Source: an uncultured cyanobacterium
GTDB lineage: Bacteria; Cyanobacteriota; Cyanobacteriia; Cyanobacteriales; CAWCAG01
Length of the DNA: 64,000 nucleotides
Reading direction: 5' to 3'
Assembly: GCA_963793425.1 (NCBI GenBank)
Contig: CAWCAG010000009.1
Span: 992,001 to 1,056,000 of the forward strand
The translations under genes and the position numbers were made by a program. Numbering within the stretch: position 1 is the first letter of the stretch; each line of letters begins with the position of its first letter. The notes under the pieces were generated by a model. That model had not been told where the DNA came from, ran no database searches, and saw only the letters and a list, made by a program, of their open reading frames with translations. Shown here piece after piece: positions 10,603 through 20,335 of the stretch.

Positions 10603-11502
10603 ATGAACTCAGAATCTACCCCTCCCCCAGAATCTCCTACCTCCTTCTCTATGGATGATTTTGCCAAAGCTTTAGAAGAACACGACTACGAGTTTAAGAA
10701 AGGTCAGGTGGTTAAGGGGAAACCCTTTGAATATGGCAGTGAAGGAGCCTATGTAGATATAGGAGGTAAATCTCCTGGCTTTGTTCCGACAAAAGAAGCT
10801 TCTTTATCTTTCTTTGAGAAGCTAGAAGAAATTCTGCCCCAAGAAGAACTAGAATTTTTAATTATTCGTGAACAGGATGCCGAAGGTCAAATTTTACTTT
10901 CTCGCCGTCAATTAGAAATGAAGGTGATTTGGGATGAATTAGCCGAATTGCAAGAAAAAGGTCAATCTGTCTCTATGAAGGTAATCGGGACAAATAAAGG
11001 AGGCATAACCGGAGATGTTAACGGCTTAAGAGGTTTCATCCCGCGATCGCACCTCATCGAGAAACAAGACTTAGAATCATTAATTGGTCAAAACCTCACA
11101 GCAACTTTCCTGGAACTTAACCCAGAAACCAACAAACTCGTCCTCTCTCAGCGAGAAGCTGCCCGTACCCAAGTAATCAGCAAATTAGAACGAGGACGTT
11201 TATTAGAAGGTACAGTAGTGAACCTCAAACCCTATGGGGCATTTATTGATTTAGGGGGTGTAACTGGATTATTACACGTTAAGGAAATTAGTCATAATTC
11301 TATCGATTCTCTCCCTGCATTATTACAAGTCGGTCAGAAAATCAAGGTGATGATTAAAGATATTGATGAATGGAAAAAAAGAATTTCTCTCTCTACCAAA
11401 GTCCTCGAAAATCATCCAGGAGAAATCTTAGAAAATATGAGTGAGGTGATGGCGACGGCGGAAGAGAGGGCAATTCAGGGGAAGGAGATAAGTAATAAGT
11501 AA
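10603..11502 (+). CDS. S1 RNA-binding domain protein (ribosomal protein S1 homologue)
   Basis: Three S1 domains (GAYVDIGGK, LRGFIPRSH, YGAFIDLGGVTGLLH). Confidence 0.9.
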   Translation: MNSESTPPPESPTSFSMDDFAKALEEHDYEFKKGQVVKGKPFEYGSEGAYVDIGGKSPGFVPTKEASLSFFEKLEEILPQEELEFLIIREQDAEGQILLSRRQLEMKVIWDELAELQEKGQSVSMKVIGTNKGGITGDVNGLRGFIPRSHLIEKQDLESLIGQNLTATFLELNPETNKLVLSQREAARTQVISKLERGRLLEGTVVNLKPYGAFIDLGGVTGLLHVKEISHNSIDSLPALLQVGQKIKVMIKDIDEWKKRISLSTKVLENHPGEILENMSEVMATAEERAIQGKEISNK

Positions 11503-11583
11503 TAAGTAATAAGTTGAGAATTTACTATTCCTTACTCTCTTGCACGATTAGCAACTAGCAACTAGCAACTAGCAATTAGCAGT
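11488..11583. repeat. Heptameric STRR repeats (TAAGTAA)n and (TAGCAAC)n
   Basis: Tandem heptamers seen directly; TAGCAAC x3 plus 2 degenerate copies at 11549-11583. Confidence 0.8.
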
Positions 11584-11586
11584 AAT

Positions 11587-12294
11587 ATGAACGAAAAAAC
11601 AGCAGACATTATTACCTTAGCCATTGATATTGGGGGTAGTGGAGTTAAGACTATCAAATTGGACGGGGAAGGTAATGCCATAAGCGATCGCAATCGTGTA
11701 CCAACTCCCCAGCCTCCTAAACCGGAAGCAATAACAGAAGCTATTGTTAAATTAGCTAAAGAACAAGGGGAGTTTCAGCGCATTTCCGTCGGATTTCCTG
11801 GGGTAGTACGTAAAGGTATTATCGATACTGCCGTTAATCTTGATCCTGACTGGATTGGTTTTGATCTTGCTACTGCCCTCTCGGATCTTTTAGGAAAACC
11901 TGTACGGGTTACCAATGACGCGGATGTACAAGGATTAGGTGCGATCGCCGGTAAAGGAGTAGAATTAGCCATTACCTTGGGTACAGGATTTGGTTCAGGC
12001 TTATTTATCGATGGTAAACTAGTACCTAACCTAGAAATTGCCCATCATCCTTTCCGTAAAGGGGAAACCTACGAAGAACAATTAGGTAGGGCAGCCTTAG
12101 AAAAATCCGGTAAGAAAAAGTGGAACAATCGCTTAGAAAAGGCGATCGCGACTTTAGGAAGAACTTTTAACTACGACTTCCTTTATATTGGCGGCGGCGA
12201 AGCAAAGAAAATCAACTTTTACCTACCACCCAATGTCAAAATTGTCCCCAACATTACAGGTTTATTAGGCGGCATTGCTTTATGGAAAGATTAA
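11587..12294 (+). CDS. ROK-family kinase, probably polyphosphate glucokinase
   Basis: AIDIGGSGVK, VGFPG, NDADVQG, TLGTGFGSG and NLEIAH motifs. Confidence 0.85.
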   Translation: MNEKTADIITLAIDIGGSGVKTIKLDGEGNAISDRNRVPTPQPPKPEAITEAIVKLAKEQGEFQRISVGFPGVVRKGIIDTAVNLDPDWIGFDLATALSDLLGKPVRVTNDADVQGLGAIAGKGVELAITLGTGFGSGLFIDGKLVPNLEIAHHPFRKGETYEEQLGRAALEKSGKKKWNNRLEKAIATLGRTFNYDFLYIGGGEAKKINFYLPPNVKIVPNITGLLGGIALWKD

Positions 12295-12297
12295 TTA

Positions 12298-12325
12298 GTT
12301 GCTAGTTGCTAGTTGCTAGTTGCTA
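12298..12325. repeat. STRR (GTTGCTA)x4
   Basis: Four perfect heptamers; reverse complement of the array at 11549. Confidence 0.8.
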
Positions 12326-12361
12326 ATGGTTATAGAGAAGCTGATAAATGATAAATGTTAA

Positions 12362-12679
12362 ATGATTATTGTTATTATTGGTTTCAACCTTTTACTTACA
12401 GTCATCAATTTATATATTGCTTGGCGAATTTGGAAGTTGCGTTTATTTTTAGTTAAAGTAACAGAAACTCTGAAAAATGTAGAACGAATCACCTATAGCG
12501 TACTTCATAGCACTCCTCCACCAATTTTAGGATTTCAGCAAGGCACTCGCAACCTGAAGCAAAGCTATACTCAATTAGAATCACAAATACGGCAGTTGCA
12601 AAAAATTCTCGCTTTACTTAGCCTAGTAACTAACCTTTGGCGTTGGTCTAACCCTAATCTCTCCAAGATAAAGCAATAG
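12362..12679 (+). CDS. Hypothetical membrane protein
   Basis: N-terminal TM helix and coiled coil; sits in a same-strand run with YtxH. Confidence 0.65.
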   Translation: MIIVIIGFNLLLTVINLYIAWRIWKLRLFLVKVTETLKNVERITYSVLHSTPPPILGFQQGTRNLKQSYTQLESQIRQLQKILALLSLVTNLWRWSNPNLSKIKQ

Positions 12680-12773
12680 CTAGGAGGTTACCGTTTGAAT
12701 CTGTAACCAAACAAAGTTGCGATCGCGCCAGTGGCAATTAAAATAGGGGTTATTAACGCCCATAAACTAAAAT

Positions 12774-13124
12774 ATGTCGAAAGAAAAGACTGGAGCTTTT
12801 ATTGGAGGAATGCTGTTTGGCAGCGCTGTTGGTACAATTGTAGGGTTACTAGTTGCTCCTCGTACTGGTCGAGAAACGCGGCAGTTAATCAAAAAATCTG
12901 CTGATGCTTTACCAGAGTTAGCCGAAGACTTAACAACCACAGTCCAACTACAAGCAGATCGTTTTTCTGCATCAGCAACACGTAATTGGGAAGGAACTTT
13001 AGAGAGGCTCAAAGAAGCCGTATCAGCAGGAGTTGAAGCTACTCAGCTACAAGCTGAAGAACTAAAAAATGCCCCTAACGCTATTCCTGAGTCATCTTCC
13101 TCTGCTTCAGATCAACACTTGTAA
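12774..13124 (+). CDS. YtxH-domain protein
   Basis: FIGGMLFGSAVGTIVGLLVAPRTGRETR. Confidence 0.88.
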   Translation: MSKEKTGAFIGGMLFGSAVGTIVGLLVAPRTGRETRQLIKKSADALPELAEDLTTTVQLQADRFSASATRNWEGTLERLKEAVSAGVEATQLQAEELKNAPNAIPESSSSASDQHL

Positions 13125-13136
13125 GGGAATTAAAGC

Positions 13137-13556
13137 GTGATCGATCCCCTGTTTTGGCTCGGCTTGTCAATTCTTCTGGTTGCTGTCAGCTTAACCGCTG
13201 TATTGATTGCCGCTTTACCTGTCTTCCAACAATTATCTCGTGCTGCTCGCAGTGCAGAGAAGTTATTTGATACCTTAAACCGAGAATTTCCCCCTACCTT
13301 AGAGGCAATTCGTTTAACAGGTTTGGAAATTAGCGAATTAACCGATGAAATGAATGAAGGGGTTAAAAGTGCCTCCGGTGTGGTTAAACAAGTGGATCGC
13401 AGTATCACTAATGTCCAAAAACAAACTAAAAATATCCAAGTTGGCACAAGAAGCTTTGTTGTTGGGGTAAAAGCTGCTTGGAAAACTTTCAAACGCCCCA
13501 AAGCAAAACGTCGCGCATCTTCTCGCTTAAAGTCGTCTCAAAGAATTGATAATTGA
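13137..13556 (+). CDS. DUF948-like membrane protein
   Basis: TM helix followed by RAARSAEKLFDTLNREFPPTLEAIRLTGLEI; usual neighbour of YtxH. Confidence 0.75.
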   Translation: MIDPLFWLGLSILLVAVSLTAVLIAALPVFQQLSRAARSAEKLFDTLNREFPPTLEAIRLTGLEISELTDEMNEGVKSASGVVKQVDRSITNVQKQTKNIQVGTRSFVVGVKAAWKTFKRPKAKRRASSRLKSSQRIDN

Positions 13557-13600
13557 TAATTGATAATTGGTAATGGCTAGTTGCTAGTTGTAATTATTAA

Positions 13601-13775
13601 ACCTTATCGGAAATTAAAGATGTAGAGATGTAATGGGTACAGCCTGTGGGCTGCATAATTTCCGCCTTACTCACCGCTCCAAAAGAGCTAGTAAGCCGTT
13701 GCAAGTTACATAATACCAAAAGTTAAAGGAAGGGGCGATCGCCTCTTTCACTTTCTCCACTATTTCCGATAAAGT
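13601..13775. mobile_element. Putative MITE (~175 bp)
   Basis: Terminal inverted repeats ACCTTATCGGAAAT / ATTTCCGATAAAGT (13/14 match), no ORF. Confidence 0.45.
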
Positions 13776-13800
13776 CTATTTATCATTGTTGCCTGTTTCC

Positions 13801-14277
13801 TTATGAGCATAACTCTTTTGACCAGTCTTGATGTCCTCTTCCTTCGCTACATTGAAACTGAGAGCCTACCCAAAGGATCTGCCAATCGTCCTGTTGCCAT
13901 TGCAATTCCACACGAGTGCGTATGCTGCGAACAGAATCGTCAGCTAGCCCAACAATAGTATATTCAATAACCGTTGGTGCATTGCCTTTACCATAATCAA
14001 TCTTAATTCCTTCTTGCTGCCTTCCTTCGAGAGATTCGGGATGACTCAATAGTTGTTGGGCGATGGAATGGGGATTAATTTCGTCAATGTTGTTGTTTCT
14101 GAGGAAAGTTGCAACCTCGACTTCGCGATATTGCGATTCCAACTCATCAGATTCTACACCGATTCCCTGAGCAGGGATTGAATTAGTTTGAGAAAAAGTA
14201 GATAAAGTTAAAGCCAGACAAAAGGCGATCCCACCTAAAATAACTGCTGGTCGTATTTTTAAGGACATAGCAAACAC
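13801..14277 (-). CDS. Hypothetical exported protein
   Basis: Signal-like N-terminus; GLADDSV...CSEGRGHQDWSKELC C-terminal motif. Confidence 0.7.
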   Translation of the reverse strand: MFAMSLKIRPAVILGGIAFCLALTLSTFSQTNSIPAQGIGVESDELESQYREVEVATFLRNNNIDEINPHSIAQQLLSHPESLEGRQQEGIKIDYGKGNAPTVIEYTIVGLADDSVRSIRTRVELQWQQDDWQILWVGSQFQCSEGRGHQDWSKELCS

Positions 14278-14363
14278 TTTCTTTCCATTCTACTTCCTCA
14301 TGTTTGAGAAAAAAGTTTTCAAAAAGGGGTGACACCCCTCACCCCATATGCTATATTTATTTA

Positions 14364-14419
14364 TAGTAGATGCACCCTGATGACTGGGAGAGTTACATTT
14401 TTGTGGCTCTCCTTTTTTT
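14364..14419 (+). ncRNA. Candidate small RNA (~55 nt)
   Basis: Promoter GTGACA-17 bp-TATATT with extended TG; GGAGAGTTACA/TGTGGCTCTCC stem with G-U pairs plus T7; both flanking genes are on the minus strand. Confidence 0.55.
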
Positions 14420-14427
14420 ATGGAGAT

Positions 14428-15402
14428 TTATTCAAGAGATAAACCCTTTTCGGCTAACCATTCTGGGTTGAATAAACGAGATTGATATCTAGCCCCACCA
14501 TCACAGAGAATAGTCACAATGGTATGTCCTGGTCCCATTTCCTTAGCTAAAGCATAAGCTGCCCCAACATTAATACCTACAGATCCCCCCATAAATAAAC
14601 CATCTTTTTCCAATAGCTGATAAACTACCCGCAAGCATTCATGATCATCAATTTGGATAGCATCATCAATGGGTACACCTTCCATATTGGCTGTAATGCG
14701 ACTATTACCAATACCTTCAGTTATGGAACTTCCTTGGGGGTTAATTTCTCCAGTTTTGACATAGCTATATAAGCCGCTACCCAAAGGATCTGCTACCACA
14801 CATTTAACTTGTGGATTCTTTTCTTTTAGATATAAAGATACCCCCGCAAAAGTACCCCCAGTACCAGTCGCCGCTACCCAAGCATCAACTTTCCCATCTG
14901 TTTGTTGCCAAATTTCTGCCCCGGTAGTTTCATAATGGGCCTGACGATTAGCTAAATTATCAAACTGATTAGCCCAAATAGCGTTATCCATCTCCTTAGC
15001 CCATTTACCAGAGAGTTTGACGTAGTTATTCGGGTCTTTATAGGGTACAGCGGGTACAGGGCGAACTTCTGCCCCTAGCGTCCTCAAAGCGTCCATTTTT
15101 TCTTGGGATTGGGTTTCGGGTATAGCGATTAAACATTTATAACCCTTAGCATTACAAATATGCGCTAAACCAATACCTGTATTACCTGCCGTACCCTCAA
15201 CTACAGTCCCTCCTGGTTTAAGTAAGCCCTTTTCTTCAGCATCTTTGATAATATACAAAGCTGCCCTGTCTTTTACCGATCCTCCAGGATTAAGAAACTC
15301 TGCTTTACCTAAAATTTCGCAACCTGTTTCCTCACTAAAACTATTTAAACGAATGAGGGGGGTATTACCGATAGTATCTATGAAGCCGTTTTTAATATCC
15401 AT
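14428..15402 (-). CDS. cysK: Cysteine synthase
   Basis: IGNTPL, NPGGSVKDR (PLP lysine), EGTAGNTG and GTGGT motifs. Confidence 0.92.
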   Translation of the reverse strand: MDIKNGFIDTIGNTPLIRLNSFSEETGCEILGKAEFLNPGGSVKDRAALYIIKDAEEKGLLKPGGTVVEGTAGNTGIGLAHICNAKGYKCLIAIPETQSQEKMDALRTLGAEVRPVPAVPYKDPNNYVKLSGKWAKEMDNAIWANQFDNLANRQAHYETTGAEIWQQTDGKVDAWVAATGTGGTFAGVSLYLKEKNPQVKCVVADPLGSGLYSYVKTGEINPQGSSITEGIGNSRITANMEGVPIDDAIQIDDHECLRVVYQLLEKDGLFMGGSVGINVGAAYALAKEMGPGHTIVTILCDGGARYQSRLFNPEWLAEKGLSLE

Positions 15403-15532
15403 ATTTTTATCTTTATAAATTACATAATTGGAAAAGGGCGGACAATTAACTGCCCGCCCCTCTTAATTGAAGCAGGGCTTATCTTAATCTTAGATAAATT
15501 AAAGTTTCGAGAAGCTAGGAAAGTAGGATGAT

Positions 15533-15575
15533 CAGGACTGACGCAGTGAAACGAAAAATCAATGGTTTCAGGCAG
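15533..15575. mobile_element. Solo IS/MITE end
   Basis: CAGGACTGACGCA is 12/13 identical to the IS end CAGGACTTACGCA at 34257. Confidence 0.4.
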
Positions 15576-15606
15576 AGGATTACAGGCACTCTATCTCCCC
15601 ATCTCC

Positions 15607-16245
15607 CTACTTATTAGGCTGAGGAGTCATGCGTAAATAAGGCTTCACTTCTTGATAACCTTTAGGGAATTTCTCTTTTAATACTTCAGGATCTTTCAAA
15701 GAAGGAACAATCACACAATCGCCCCCATCTTGCCAGTTAACGGGAGTAGCGACTTGATGATGATCAGTGAGTTGTAAAGAATCTATGACCCGAAGAATCT
15801 CATCAAAGTTACGTCCTGTACTCGCAGGATAGGTAATAGTTAAGCGCAGCTTTTTGTTAGGATCTATGATGAAAACTGAACGTACAGTGAGAGTATTATC
15901 AGCCTGTGGGTGAATCATACCGTAGAGATCGGAAACTTTGCGGTCTGAATCTGCCAAAATTGGATAATTAACGCTGGTACTTTGAGTTTCGTCAATATCT
16001 TTGATCCAACCTAAATGAGATTTTGCATCATCTACACTTAAAGCTATTACTTTAGTGTTGCGCTTCTCAAATTCTGGTTTGAGTTTAGCAACCATACCTA
16101 ATTCGGTAGTACAAACGGGAGTATAGTCTGCTGGGTGAGAAAAAAGCACAACCCAGCTATCTCCAGCCCAATCATGAAAGGAGATTTCTCCTGCGCTAGA
16201 GTCTTGCTTAAAATCGGGTACTGTGTCGCCTAGTTGTAAAGCCAT
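15607..16245 (-). CDS. 1-Cys peroxiredoxin (Prx6)
   Basis: FSHPADYTPVCTTE motif; likely start MALQLGD at 16245. Confidence 0.95.
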   Translation of the reverse strand: MALQLGDTVPDFKQDSSAGEISFHDWAGDSWVVLFSHPADYTPVCTTELGMVAKLKPEFEKRNTKVIALSVDDAKSHLGWIKDIDETQSTSVNYPILADSDRKVSDLYGMIHPQADNTLTVRSVFIIDPNKKLRLTITYPASTGRNFDEILRVIDSLQLTDHHQVATPVNWQDGGDCVIVPSLKDPEVLKEKFPKGYQEVKPYLRMTPQPNK

Positions 16246-16381
16246 AATACTTATTTCCTTGTCTATTGAGGAGCAGTTAAATTTTAAATAACGATTTTTA
16301 ATCTTGCCATAAAACCATAGTATCCCCATAGGAATTTAGCTCTTTATTACAAAAGTTCGCACAAAGTCCATTGGTTTAGTA

Positions 16382-16651
16382 TTGACATCCTCCCCGCTCT
16401 GTCCGCGCTTATGGTTGTAGTCTTACGCCTTCCTCCACGTCCGTTTAAAACCTAGGGTGTCCCCCCGCGACCAGAATATTTACAGCAGCGTTAACATCTC
16501 TGTCATGAACTGCACCACAATTTAAGCAAGTCCATTCTCGAATGGAGAGTTCCTTCTTGCCACCTCTGAAACCGCAACAAGAGCATCTTTGTGATGTTGG
16601 TTCCCATCTATATCTGGCTTTCATGTTGGCTGCAACAGTTGCTATTCGCAA
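16382..16651 (-). mobile_element. tnpB: IS200/IS605 tnpB remnant with right-end sequence
   Basis: [10 protein letters not shown]...[20 protein letters not shown] zinc ribbon/RuvC-III fragment; TTGACATCCTCCCCGC end motif. Confidence 0.8.
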
Positions 16652-16737
16652 ATTATGTTTATAATACCTAAAAAAATCAATTAATCGGCCCTAAATCGGC
16701 GGAGTTTTAAACCTTTTTTTGTTTTGATAAATGTTTA

Positions 16738-17118
16738 ATGATAAATGAAAAGATAATTCTTATTGGCCCAATCAGTGCTGGAAAGTCCACAATCGGAGAA
16801 CTTTTAGCCGCAAAACTTGCCCTTCCTCAACATTCAATGGATGAAAAACGTTGGGACTATTACCGAGAAATTGATTATGACGAAGAATTTGTTAAACAAA
16901 AGCAAGAAGCTGATGATTATTGGGGAGTACAACATTATTGGAAATCCTTTGAAGCCCATGCTGTAGAAAGGCTACTCTCAGAATATAATCAAGGAATTGT
17001 TGATTTTGGGGCAGGACATTCAGTCTATGAAGATAAGGCACTTTTCCAGAAAGTACAACAGACTTTAAATCCCTATAAAAACGTCAAAAAGAAACAGATA
17101 CATAAAACAAGCCTATAA
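16738..17118 (+). pseudogene. Shikimate-kinase-like P-loop protein, apparently C-terminally truncated
   Basis: IILIGPISAGKST and DFGAGHS motifs; only 126 aa; runs into a repeat-containing element. Confidence 0.6.
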
Positions 17119-17255
17119 AGCTAAGTAATACAAATCCGGGTACTTCAGTACCCTTACAAAATCCAGGAATGAAGTTCTCAAACCCTACTCCCTACTCCCT
17201 GCTCCCTGCTCCCTCCCATAACAGATAAGTCATGCCACTCAACGGGATTTAGTAT
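17086..17255. mobile_element. Probable truncated MITE/repeat element
   Basis: Non-coding; internal (CCCTRCT)n heptamers; end CATGCCACTCAACGGGATTTAGTAT resembles cyanobacterial MITE termini. Confidence 0.35.
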
Positions 17256-17276
17256 AACTATAAAATGCCCAACTAC

Positions 17277-18317
17277 TTAGGTATTTTTAACAAGAAGATA
17301 AACAAAATAAGGTGTACCGATTAAAGCAGTAATAATGCCACAGGGAAGTTCTATAGGGGCAAATAAAATCCTCCCTAAAAAATCTGCCATAACCACAATT
17401 GTTGCTCCTATCATTGCGGCTATAGGAATTAAACTTTCATGGAGATTTCCTACTAATTGACGGGCAAGATGAGGGGCAATTAAACCTACAAAACCAATGG
17501 ATCCTGCGGTAGCGACTGCTGCACCAGCGAGGGCAGCACTAATTAGCAATAAAAGACTGAATTCTAATTCTACTTTAGTTCCCAAACCTTTAGCTATTTC
17601 TTCTCCTAAATTCAAGGTATTTAATTGGGGTGCTTTAAATAAAGCTAAGGGAATAAAAACCAATAACCAAAGTGATAAGTAAAATACCTGTTCCCAACTA
17701 CAACCATAAACACTTCCCGCCAACCAAACTAAAGCCTGACTAACATTATTAATTTCTCCAAATGTAACTATTAAGTTCGTCATGGCATTAACTACTGCGG
17801 CAATGCCCACACCAACTAAAATAAGTCGTACCGGATGGGTTCCTTTTTCCCAAGCGAGGAAGTAAATTAATACTGAAGTTAGCAAAGCACCACCACCAGC
17901 AGCTAAAGGTAAGATGCCCACTGGAATATCAGGAAAAACCACAATTAAACTCACTGCTGCCAAACTTGCCCCAGCATTGACACCAATGATTCCTGGGGCA
18001 GCAAGGGCATTGCGAGTTATGCCTTGCAGGATTGTACCAGAAATCCCTAAAGCGATACCAACTAGTGCTGCAGTTAAACTTCTGGGTAAGCGCAACGTCT
18101 TGATAACAAAAGCATAATCGCTATTTCCTGTTTCTATACCGAAGATAGTTTGCACCACTGCCAGGGGAGGGATCGGATATTCCCCCCAGGAAGCATTGAT
18201 TACTATTATTGTTAAAGTAATGAGACTTAAAGTTAGTAAGACAAAGACAAAATGCCGTTGAAAACGGAAAGATATAGGCAATATCTTGCCTCTAAAAATG
18301 ATGGTACTGGTTTTCAT
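17277..18317 (-). CDS. FecCD-family iron-siderophore ABC permease
   Basis: LRLPR, LQGITRNALAAPGIIG, GSIGFVGLIAPHLAR and IGTPYF motifs. Confidence 0.93.
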   Translation of the reverse strand: MKTSTIIFRGKILPISFRFQRHFVFVLLTLSLITLTIIVINASWGEYPIPPLAVVQTIFGIETGNSDYAFVIKTLRLPRSLTAALVGIALGISGTILQGITRNALAAPGIIGVNAGASLAAVSLIVVFPDIPVGILPLAAGGGALLTSVLIYFLAWEKGTHPVRLILVGVGIAAVVNAMTNLIVTFGEINNVSQALVWLAGSVYGCSWEQVFYLSLWLLVFIPLALFKAPQLNTLNLGEEIAKGLGTKVELEFSLLLLISAALAGAAVATAGSIGFVGLIAPHLARQLVGNLHESLIPIAAMIGATIVVMADFLGRILFAPIELPCGIITALIGTPYFVYLLVKNT

Positions 18318-18403
18318 GCCAACTTAAGAATTACTATGACAAATCTTTCTTCCCGTTAGTAGCTAAAAAATCTTTCATTTTTTGAATTATTCATCGTCTT
18401 AAA

Positions 18404-20335
18404 TTAAATCTTCAACATTCCTTGCGGGTTTACCGTTAATAATTCCTTTCTCTGCAAACCTTCTTGGTGCAAAATAGCATTAGCTGCTAACAAGCCGCTA
18501 CTAACAGCCCTTTCCATTAAACCGCAAGGAAATGGCATTTTCACCCAGTCTCCTGCAAAAGCTAAGTTAGGAACTTTGGTAGCAGTTTCAGGGCGATTAT
18601 GGTAACTGTTGGGGGGATAACCAGAGAAGTTTTTCTGGTTAACTAATTCCCGATGTAACATCTGACTATTTTTTAATTCAGGTACAATTTGATATAACTC
18701 TTCTTCAAAAGTTGCTAACAAACTTTCCTGAGTAGGAAATTCCTTTTCTTTATAACAGTAAGCGTGTAATTCCACCACGCTTCCTCCGGTTTTTTTGCTC
18801 CAAGCAATAAACTGTTCTTGGATGCGATGGTAAAGAGTAATACTATCAGTTAAACTATAGCCAGAAAGGGAAGTAAACCAACTATGTTCCCAATCAAAAT
18901 CTTCGTCAAACCAGAAACGTGCTACAGCAAAGGGATCAGCAACAGCTAAACTATTAACTTGCGAAGCTACTTCTGCTTCTACATCTCCTGTCATGATTTG
19001 GAATAAATGTTTGGTTCCAGGAACATTGGTAGCCATGACATAATAATCAGCACTAATTGTCTTTTTTCTGGTTTTTAATTCAGAATTTGCTGCTACTAAT
19101 TGCACTTGCTCTTCTTGATATTCAGCAATCTGAAAAGAAGCTAAATCACGCTTAGCAGGGCCATTAATCACTTTGCCTTGTTGGTTATATAAAGCACCGT
19201 GACAAGGACAAAGAAACTCTCCATTAACTTGGGGTTGAACAGTACAACCTTGGTGAGTGCAAGTTAAGGAAATAGCTTTATCTTCCCCTCGCAGAAGATA
19301 AACATTATCCCCCGCACCATAATATTTTTTCCCTAACAAAAGGTTACTCTTTACCCAAAAAGGAACCTCTGTTTGAGCATCACCTTCATAATAACTAAGG
19401 GAGTTAATTTTTCCCCCTTGCCAATTAATTTCACTTACCGTAGCTTCCGGAACAATTTCCCCCCCTTTCTCTTTAATTGCCTTAGCCATAGGTTCCACTA
19501 AACTTGTTCCCATGTCCTGTTTAGTACCATTAAAAGCTAAACCTTCAGGATTACCAAAAAAGTAGAAGTGGAAAAATTGTAATAATTCTCCGGCACTAAG
19601 TACATCCGGTGCATTTAAACTAGATTTCGCAAAAGGTAAGAAATATAAATCGTAAAGTCCTTGAGGAAAACCTCTTTCTATCCAATCTGTGACAGAAATA
19701 CTATCAAAGTTATTGAAAGTTTTAGGAATTCTAAAACTAGTAATAGCCCGAAATACCTGAAGATGACTCATTTTAGTTAAATTAATGCCCCAATGCAAAC
19801 GGTTAGGAGAGGAAATTGCTAAATCAACAATGTTCCAAGGAAAGGCCGAGTTACTAGGACGAAATACTTCAGGATCATACTTTTCTTTGTTGAAGACTAA
19901 AGAGTAGAATCCTAATGATTTGAAATTATCGGCGATCGCCAGTTTTTCCACCAAGCCATTAAGATTATAATATTGAGGAAAAAAGCCATGGAAACCGTGT
20001 TCCATAATAAACTCTTCCTCCCCAACTTTAATAGGCCAACTGGCAATTTTCCCTCCTAAATTAGGAGATTTTTCTAACAAAGTTACAGCAAAACCACGCT
20101 GACTTAATTCATAAGCACAGGCTAAACCTGCTAACCCTGCGCCAACAACAACAACCTTTTTCGATTGAGTAATTGTATAGGGAAGGGTTAAGCTATCCTG
20201 CTTAAATACCGTCGGTTGAGGCTTAACAAAGCGAGAATAACCTACTGCTCCGCCGATGGCTCCTATACCTAATAATTTTAAGGCTGTACGTCGAGAAACG
20301 GGCAACGAAGAGGAAAAATCTGACAATTGACTCAT
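18404..20335 (-). CDS. cruE: FAD-dependent oxidoreductase with Rieske insert; CrtU/CruE-like aromatic carotenoid desaturase
   Basis: VVVVGAGLAGL FAD motif, EHGFHGFF, Rieske CTHQGC...CPCHG, AGDWVKMPFPCGLMERA. Confidence 0.7.
   Translation of the reverse strand: MSQLSDFSSSLPVSRRTALKLLGIGAIGGAVGYSRFVKPQPTVFKQDSLTLPYTITQSKKVVVVGAGLAGLACAYELSQRGFAVTLLEKSPNLGGKIASWPIKVGEEEFIMEHGFHGFFPQYYNLNGLVEKLAIADNFKSLGFYSLVFNKEKYDPEVFRPSNSAFPWNIVDLAISSPNRLHWGINLTKMSHLQVFRAITSFRIPKTFNNFDSISVTDWIERGFPQGLYDLYFLPFAKSSLNAPDVLSAGELLQFFHFYFFGNPEGLAFNGTKQDMGTSLVEPMAKAIKEKGGEIVPEATVSEINWQGGKINSLSYYEGDAQTEVPFWVKSNLLLGKKYYGAGDNVYLLRGEDKAISLTCTHQGCTVQPQVNGEFLCPCHGALYNQQGKVINGPAKRDLASFQIAEYQEEQVQLVAANSELKTRKKTISADYYVMATNVPGTKHLFQIMTGDVEAEVASQVNSLAVADPFAVARFWFDEDFDWEHSWFTSLSGYSLTDSITLYHRIQEQFIAWSKKTGGSVVELHAYCYKEKEFPTQESLLATFEEELYQIVPELKNSQMLHRELVNQKNFSGYPPNSYHNRPETATKVPNLAFAGDWVKMPFPCGLMERAVSSGLLAANAILHQEGLQRKELLTVNPQGMLKI

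Noticed and set aside
12767..13501. Antisense ORFs 12767-13012 and 13130-13501, and similar shadow ORFs elsewhere
   Set aside because: They lie opposite or within well-supported genes and show no independent coding signal
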